DNA of 64,000 bases from Amphiscolops sp. MND2022 (lineage: Eukaryota), in the NCBI GenBank assembly GCA_964187785.1, contig OZ076419.1:22754001-22818000 (forward strand), in the 5' to 3' direction. Below, piece by piece: positions 60,501 through 64,000 of the stretch. Numbering within the stretch: the stretch's first letter is position 1; each line of letters opens with the position of its first letter. The notes beneath the pieces are model-generated. The model was not told where the DNA came from. It was given only the letters and a program-made list of their open reading frames with translations, and did not search any database. The translations under genes and the position numbers were made by a program.

Positions 60501-62321
60501 TTGGAAGGGAAGTGCGTCACACAAAGGACCGAGGTCAATCAAGAGGATGTTGTTTCCCGGGTCAAATCATAATGGTTCTAAAAGGTCAAAAGAAGAACCC
60601 AGTCAAAAGTTCAAACCAACTCATGGGGTAAAGATAATTTTAGAGAAAAATTCTGGAAAAAAGAAAAAGTTTGCTTGCTTTTTGATCTCATAGAAATTTT
60701 TTTATCCCAAAAATTTTCAGATTTTTGATCTTAAATAGTTCAATTCTACCAAGCCACATCATTTGAAATATTAATAATGATATTTACAACAAAGTCAGCT
60801 TTAATTAGAGCGCGCAAGTATTATTTAAAAACAGTAAAAACAAAAAAAGATTGAAAATTTCGTTGTTACAAGTGCCTTGTTTCTTTCAAATGAACAAATT
60901 TTTTGAGCTGGTCTTTATTTAGCCATAGTTAACGACTTTCCTTTGAATAGGCTCTTTTATTCTAGAAGTAATGTTTAGATTTGCTCATTCCTTCAGTACG
61001 AATCACCTCTAGGAAATTGAAACTCAACTTATTCCATTAGGTCGAAGGTTCAAATGATCTGGTTTCGAGAGACGAGGAACAGTCTGGAGGTCACTCGAGG
61101 TCAAAGCGCAGTCGGTCTCTGGGGTCAGTTTTCAGGAACAAGGTCACTTCCAGGGTCGAAGAAGCAGCCAGAAATGTCAAGAAAGCAGGTCAAAATTGTG
61201 CCGCCCAGCAACTTTTTGTAAGTATTGTGTCACATAGAATTTCTGTAATTTAAGAGATAACCCATCAAAGACGGCGATTTCAATTTCATAAAAGTTGTGT
61301 AAACTTTTAAAAATTTTGAGACCTTACCACTGCAACCATTGATACATTAACATTATTAATATTATCCGGTTCCGGGTAATTTCGAGGCTTTTTGAATTAC
61401 GTTTCTGTCCTAATGAGTGTTCTACATAAATACTCGTTTCGTTTCTGGACACTGGTTTTTCATAGCCACCAAAATACCCAAAAATTGCATTGAACTGAAA
61501 ATTTTTTAAAGGATTTTTTGAGCATATAAAGACTTTTTTAAATAACTGCTGATTGCTACGTCGAAAGGCCTCCCAAGTTAATGGCTCTTTTGGATTTGAA
61601 ATATGTAAATTTTCATATCCATGAAAAAATAAAAAAAAATGTACAGAAAGTGCTTGAAATGATGAAGGTTTGGAATGTGTCACATTTAGGGAAACATCGT
61701 TGCATTTTTTGGACAAACAAAATCAAAATTCTTATCTAAACAGCATTTTAGATATTTTGTGTCAACTTGGCACTAGTTGTATATTCTATCTTTGAAAGGT
61801 TCATGAAACAAACAAAAAATTTGACATGTTTTCGGTCTTTTTTGGTATCATTTCCAAATTGCTCGTCGTAGAAGCGCGTCAGATGACTTTTTGGTTCGTC
61901 TATATTTTTCTGGGTATTTGAATTTTGGGAGAAAATGAATTAAAAAACCGCGGCTGAGTAAGTAATTTAGTTCTCCCATGGGCGAAAAAAAAACAATAAA
62001 GCGCGAAAACTTAGTTTATTCTAACTAATAGTGCCGTGGATAATCATTTCATCACCACACATTGATTAAGAAAACAGAAAGAACATCTTCAGTGAACTGC
62101 AAAATCTTATGAATTTGGTTGGCTTTTTTGACTTTTTTCAGACCTATGCAAACTAATAGATGGGAAATTGAATATCTATCGAATAATATTTTTAATTATT
62201 TCGTTATTATTTTATCGTTTCTGATGGGTTTCTGTTTCAGGTGGATTCTGAGACCTCTGGTTTTCCCTGTGCCTCCCCCGGAGGTATCTCCTACCCTGGA
62301 TACTACCACCTGCTAGTCTGA
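51569..62321 (+). CDS. ARHGAP19: Rho GTPase-activating protein 19-like, 6 exons
   Basis: Exons 51569-51842, 58288-58497, 59234-59529, 60277-60627, 61041-61217 and 62241-62321 are all GT-AG and phase-consistent. Motifs EGIFRIPGNSVR (Arg finger), NDVSSALKQLL, DRHIEALQILL, NKMSATNLATIFTPHLLWP and ITFMIRH match ARHGAP19 as I recall it. The frame is open upstream to an acceptor at 51514, so an earlier exon may exist. Confidence 0.88.
52991..53002 (-). promoter_or_regulatory. Polypurine tract AAAAAAGGGGAG
   Basis: Directly precedes the 3' LTR on the minus strand. Confidence 0.85.
53256..57893 (-). CDS. Gag-Pol polyprotein, ~1545 aa (Gag with two Zn knuckles, PR, RT, RNase H, IN)
   Basis: CWRCGATNFTLDHLNRC and CNYCGKKGHLEKVC knuckles; IDTGSPVT; VFIDDILI; CDASKQGLGAVL; HFGHAG...CPQC; LDFAGPF; IRTDPET; GKVERMIRT. 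Likely start is MALRAEED at 57893; the 36 extra upstream codons lie in the LTR. Confidence 0.95.
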   Translation of the reverse strand: MALRAEEDSSNSPLPGVTYFWQDADKPPSYDWEQWRQLFEVAVLARHSISITELLRVADQQNPRQAALMGNLEENHAKRKVVSLLYISIGKTGRKMLMDKFPQINILTIQLQDTAQNCEECFQVRRNRTLDRHTFLSRKQKPNETLHQFWNILNGLAAKCDFGNQTEGLVYDIFVLNMANKQVQEKLCTEPKDNPADALQFAIAFEDGLKRQRTYGYINQETKIKEEPVCSVSGAKQNNRECWRCGATNFTLDHLNRCKAPNSMCNYCGKKGHLEKVCNQKKSDNNQNFGKNRGFAKRVQLVDQEENDDEDGNYMVLNIEGNDNNTKPYYMEGFINENRFKTMIDTGSPVTIYALDEIKKIMKREKLPVREMVENERYVDFNGKPLHLLGYVFCELQVNDSYVKKARILIAKKGTKSIIGREWLSTLNYQVAPEQKGEFEVNSIEKDQELSVETKQFVKEFPKLFERRGKVTNHKVKINFKADAKITQQKGRRIPIQLQKAVDKEIARLLKEGHIEKINEIKDDVFIQPTVITVKKDRSVKIALDARALNQAIDKDKYQMPNVENLLDMVAEKLDVETEEAWFSSVDMTYAYGQVPLHISTAKHCNFQIIGGESTGTYRFVSGFYGLSVMPTEFQKVMDSLLAKFREVFVFIDDILIVTKGTKNEHLDKVREILKTLDNAELQLKAGKCKIAQSEIEWLGFKMTKDGISPVNTKVQAITEKLRPENLKELRSFLGAVNQFNKFIPDLASICFPFRPILKKDATWKWTPEHETAFIRVNNEVKKAAELTHFKRNKPLRIICDASKQGLGAVLQQCEENEWKLISYASRFLTELESKYSINELELLAVVWSVEHFKNYVYGVPFGIVSDHKALQSALKSNKGNKTYSSRLTRWVDRLLPFDFSIVHTPGRTLGMADYLSRHPSNYEGASIQAEKLFIDWFTVNVVKDVTPKVKGLENWRQPIRSRERENSERTNVNSVLTVHAPMQTNKESIEIVNPQNSDEMAFNSEKPVSKISDVYIQANAEEDRMIQKVKSLIQNKNNAIIARLPPPWREKFNSFSVSDNGLLYMDNRLVIPKNMRENVLRAIHFGHAGRDAMLKKAADVWWPRVHREVVEKAKNCPQCQLAGKNLKCIKSQNEFGKIPESTEPNEEIALDFAGPFQNANQKKKYLLVSVDNHSGWPDALFLPNPTTEKVIEFLSEYIAANGIPKRIRTDPETVFKSEKFKQFCTKHFIDHTVCPVRDHRGNGKVERMIRTINERLRTNKEIIISKEKEGLPRILFALRSEKGSDGKSAFEKHIGRKPNTPKSRLIEKCILEKDPAIEIEPEDFSEEADSTIFVRERVRGSKLESAFKKVRGQIVRQSENTVTVVPKTNNKEVTYSKRDVASSSKTISKDKKPKQKKIEKGTKMPKTSDMPNKSEKAQLKRKLIESDSESEDIGQPPNPELYIAPIPAGKQTDEKSQQQIEIKEDADCSENPEDQNTAIEEKDETQKVPVSGTVKWEKARSSSRVSKKPDRWGHNIMVTKIEAMSSAEEESLPSVFEIKNPNTN
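57878..57892 (-). promoter_or_regulatory. Primer-binding site TGGCGCTGCGAGCAG (tRNA-Ser type)
   Basis: Abuts the 5' LTR and is complementary to a ...CUGCUCGCAGCGCCA 3' end, typical of Ser tRNAs. Confidence 0.8.
59610..60060. mobile_element. MITE-like element with long imperfect inverted ends, intronic
   Basis: Left attaccagaggtcgaaagaccagaggtc...aatcaaattacc is mirrored by ggtaatttgatt...gacctatggtttttcggcctctgctatt. Confidence 0.55.
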
Positions 62322-63089
62322 GTCAAATTAATTAATTAATTCAATTAATTAATTAATTTAATTAACTCAAATGCCAACCCTACCTTTTGGATCACAGCCT
62401 CGCAGAACTTCGGCTCAAAAACTTTCGAAATATCATTTGAATCAAATTCTACAAATTTTCGCGCTTTTCTATTCATTAGTTTCTTTTCGTCTGTTTGTTT
62501 TATTATGTTTCTTTATTTCCTTTTTAATATGTTATTTGACAAAGTCGGGACTGTATTTAGTAGCAGTTCTCATCAATTACTTGCCATACGAATGAAAAAT
62601 TTTGGTTACCACATCTTTTTTCCATCGAACTTTTCCAAAACTGAGAAAACCTTATAGTAGGGAGCATAGGCTAGCATATTGGATTAATAATTTTGTAACA
62701 TCATGATATCCAAAATTTGCAATTTCCAGTAAATAGAACAACTTGAAAAAGGAACTGCTGGAATGTTTTAAAAACTGAAAGTATGCCTGAAAATACCTAT
62801 AAACCACTATCGAAAGCAATTCAAGAGGCAGTTTTTCTAAAAAACAATCATAAATACTCCAGAAAAACTGTTTCAATCTCAGTCGTTCGTGAATTCTTGA
62901 TAAATTTAGTCGGCGCTATATCAAAGGTAGAGTACCAATTTCAGTGATTTTTCGTCGGTTCTATTTCAATGCGCTCAAAGTGAACCAAAACTTCTACAAA
63001 ATTTCTACTTTTCGTCTGACAACTAGAGGCGTGCAATAACGCCCATTCGATTTTTCTATTTTTAAGAGCTGGCTTTTTTAAGACAGACT

Positions 63090-63565
63090 TTATAAACTGT
63101 AACGTATACCGGATATAACGTTCCTTGGAAAATTTTCAAAGCTGTAAAAAGTACTAAGGAGTCCCCTTCGACAATAACAAAACCCATACCGGACTTAGCG
63201 CAAACCGGATATAACGAATTCCTGATATAACGTATACCGTTAAAAAAACGTTTTTTGGAGAACACACCGTAAAAATCGTTTTTTGGAAAAATTTTCAATG
63301 TGACAAAAGGCCCCTTTGCATTTTTTGGCGCAAACCCGATTTAACGCAAACCGGATAAAACGAATTCCGGATATAACGTTTCTCGTTTATGCTTTCGAAA
63401 GTAGAGGGGAGACCAAACGGTTTTTTCCTTTGGGTTTTCTCCCGACTTCTATGAGCAACTTCTTCAAAAAGCGACATCTTTCCGAAAATAACGTTTTAAA
63501 AGTTCGGATAAAACGTTTTCAAAGTTTGGGTGTAACATTTTCAAAGTTCGGGTATAACGTTTGCC
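63090..63565. repeat. Cluster of CGGATA(T/A)AACG subrepeats, MITE-like
   Basis: The motif recurs near 63109, 63207, 63350, 63367 and 63505. Confidence 0.6.
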
Positions 63566-64000
63566 TGACACTTTGAAGTCTTTCTGCTATTTTTGAGCCT
63601 TAGATGTGGCGCCGACTCGGGCCGTTCCCCGGCTTGTTTAAGTTACCAATGTTTATGCGAACAAAATTAAAAACTTTACAAGGGACTTTTTTGAGCCCGG
63701 AAAGTCGGAGAATGTTTTTATCACAATGATTTTCGACAACTTTCAGCTTAACCTTACACACTAGGTTACCAAAAAGATAAAGACCTTGATTTCAAATCTC
63801 AAATGGCAGGAAGTTTTTACGAAATCAATAGTCACAAAAGTCCTGGGAGCAAAACCTCAAATCTCAATCAGAATTACTGGGGTAATTTTTGTTTTGAACT
63901 CACATAAAAATTACAAATGTTAGTAGCTAACAAATGTCTTCAATAACTATTGACTTGAAATTTATAATGCAATATTTCGAGAACTTAACTAAACGTGTTC

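Overview
This is AT-rich, intron-containing metazoan (invertebrate-like) genomic DNA dominated by mobile elements. (1) 1.4-13.7 kb holds a cluster of mostly minus-strand genes. A ~10 kb segment (1399-11374) is bounded by imperfect inverted ends that match a 630-bp MITE at 47.4-48.1 kb. It contains a decayed RAG1/Transib/Chapaev-like DDE transposase fused to a BRCT domain, a frame-intact 7-exon zinc-finger + KDM2/KDM7-type JmjC gene, and further zinc-finger ORFs. Immediately beyond its right end lies a decayed tyrosine-recombinase-like + SETD8-like SET gene. (2) 17.4-24.8 kb is a degenerate ~49-bp satellite with an internal hairpin, and includes an apparently exact 990-bp duplication. (3) A NERD-nuclease + SF1-helicase gene is split into 25.7-27.3 kb and 43.4-44.1 kb by ~16 kb, most of it an old Ty3/Gypsy element (28977-42873). 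That element carries an antisense, spliced, hAT-transposase-derived gene between pol and its 3' LTR. (4) An ARHGAP19-like host gene (51.6-62.3 kb) has a very young, intact Mag-type Gypsy element (52788-58095) in an intron. MITEs, a tRNA-derived SINE and a probable LINE remnant fill the rest. All domain calls come from motif recognition by eye; no searches were run.
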